A stretch of 36,744 bases of DNA from contig CAZVKZ010000003.1 in assembly GCA_964627775.1 (NCBI GenBank), positions 2,643 to 39,386 of the forward strand, written 5' to 3'. This document shows positions 35,783 through 36,744 of this stretch, one piece after another. Below the pieces are notes generated by a model. It ran no database searches. It had not been told where the DNA came from and was given only the letters and a program-made list of their open reading frames with translations. Each line of letters opens with the position of its first letter. Positions within the stretch are counted from its first letter, which is position 1. The position numbers were made by a program, and so were the translations under genes. The stretch comes from an uncultured Candidatus Bathyarchaeia archaeon (lineage in GTDB: Archaea > Thermoproteota > Bathyarchaeia > 40CM-2-53-6 > RBG-13-38-9).

Positions 35783-36478
35783 TCATACCATAGTCCAGAT
35801 CGGTATGAGTTTGGCGAACGCTTGGTCAAATATCATCTCGGCCATCTTGAGGTATCCTGCCGTATTAAGGTGAAGACCATCGCTTGAATATTTCTTGTCA
35901 AGCATATTTGTTCTCGGACCAGCCGTCGCAGAGAAGAGGTCGACGCAGATTATCTCGTTCTCAAAACAGTAGTCATTTATCAACTCGTTGAGTTCGAGCC
36001 TAGGTTTAATGTAGACGTCATCGCCAATAATCGATGGGACCGTACAGGCGATTACCTCAATCCCTGCTGATGACGATCTCCTATACATTTGAACCAAGTT
36101 ATCCAAGATCTCGTCAGGCCCTGTTGCCCAGCCGAAATCGTTGGAACCGCCAAGTATTATAGTGTAGTTAGGTTTGACCGCCACTACGTCACCATTAAAT
36201 CTTCGTAACATGTCTGCTGTTAGTTCCCCGCTGACTCCCTTGTTGTAGAATGTCACGTCGACCAGCTTGCGTTTTCCAACTTTTTCCAAGGCTTCATCAA
36301 TCATCTCCTTGAGAGGATCTGTATACGGTGTTAATTTCGGCAAAGGCGTTCCAACTCTGGGAGGTTGGTAGCCTGCTGTTAGGCTGTCTCCGAAAGCCAC
36401 TACAAGTATCTTCTTGGCTTTGGATTTCTTTGCGGACTCAGCGATATGTTTTGGTTCTGTAGATCTCGCGGCTGGCAA
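35783..36478 (-). CDS. SGNH/GDSL-family hydrolase
   Basis: Block I is AFGDSLTAGY, block III is GGSNDFGW and block V is SDGLHLN (D-x-x-H). TTG start. Confidence 0.85.
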   Translation of the reverse strand: MPAARSTEPKHIAESAKKSKAKKILVVAFGDSLTAGYQPPRVGTPLPKLTPYTDPLKEMIDEALEKVGKRKLVDVTFYNKGVSGELTADMLRRFNGDVVAVKPNYTIILGGSNDFGWATGPDEILDNLVQMYRRSSSAGIEVIACTVPSIIGDDVYIKPRLELNELINDYCFENEIICVDLFSATAGPRTNMLDKKYSSDGLHLNTAGYLKMAEMIFDQAFAKLIPIWTMV

Positions 36479-36522
36479 GGCTAGCTTTCTTCTCCAAGAG
36501 ACGATCGGACGAAGTTCAACTA

Positions 36523-36532
36523 CTATTTATAG
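36523..36532 (-). promoter_or_regulatory. TATA-box candidate for the SGNH-MazG-zinc-ribbon operon
   Basis: The minus strand reads CTATAAATAG about 45-50 nt upstream of the TTG at 36478. Confidence 0.35.
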
Positions 36533-36604
36533 ATATTCCTGAGATTCTGAGGCCGCTCACGCATCCATACCTCTGAACTCAACAACCGGGTTTGTGTGAG
36601 ACAA

Positions 36605-36744
36605 TCAAATGGCAATATTCTCTGATCTGGTAAACTGTACGGCCCTCTCTGTCATGATGTCTAGGGCTTCGGCAAGATGACCAAGCGGTGAATCTATCCC
36701 CTTTGAAAGATCAATAGGTACGACTATTTCAAAGCCCAGATCCC
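36605..36744 (-). CDS. hypothetical protein, C-terminal fragment (gene starts beyond the window end)
   Basis: A minus-strand frame is open from the window edge (...DLGFEIVVPIDLSKGIDSPLGHLAEALDIMTERAVQFTRSENIAI*) to a stop at 36607-36605. No family recognised. Confidence 0.3.
   Translation of the reverse strand, partial: DLGFEIVVPIDLSKGIDSPLGHLAEALDIMTERAVQFTRSENIAI

Noticed and set aside
1-36744. Search for CRISPR arrays, tRNA/rRNA genes, IS elements, integrases, toxin-antitoxin pairs and known defence genes
   Set aside because: Reading by eye, I found no regularly spaced direct repeats, no cloverleaf-compatible T-loops, no transposase/integrase-like ORFs and no terminal inverted repeats. 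A computational scan (tRNAscan-SE, Infernal/Rfam, CRISPR finders, ISfinder, DefenseFinder) would be needed to exclude them formally.

Overview
This window is an archaeal chromosomal segment. Supporting evidence includes aIF2-alpha, aIF5A plus deoxyhypusine synthase, AglB, PriS/PriL, GINS, PCNA, TFS, Nop10, Csl4, Dph2, the eL21/eL42/eS27/uL16 ribosomal proteins, A/T-rich TATA boxes and frequent GGAGG-type Shine-Dalgarno sites. The core (12146-28860) is one co-directional, almost gap-free string of 25 information-processing genes covering translation, transcription, the exosome, replication and RNA modification. The flanks hold metabolic and envelope genes. These are archaeal-type thymidylate synthase, a processive GT2 synthase, a tandem-FxLYD surface protein with a PEF-CTERM anchor, ThiD-ThiN, NAPRT, NAD kinase, Nob1, AglB, IleRS and a MazG/SGNH operon. 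I found no tRNA, rRNA, CRISPR array, transposase, integrase or recognisable defence system, and I cannot honestly point to a clear novel multi-gene system. There are five most notable observations. (1) A TPP riboswitch (minus strand, about 7413-7508) sits on the collapsed remnant of an NCS1/CytX-type permease immediately upstream of thiDN. (2) The conserved N-terminus of aIF2-alpha is encoded upstream of every ATG/GTG/TTG, leaving only an SD-preceded ATC as a start. (3) A PEF-CTERM signal is followed by a 40-residue tail that depends on the length of a T6 run. (4) A collapsed PfkB kinase gene lies in an apparent intergenic gap. (5) A stand-alone RNase III-domain protein is coupled to rpoL. Several unusually long gene-free gaps (93-617, 8255-8753, 15609-15885) remain unexplained.
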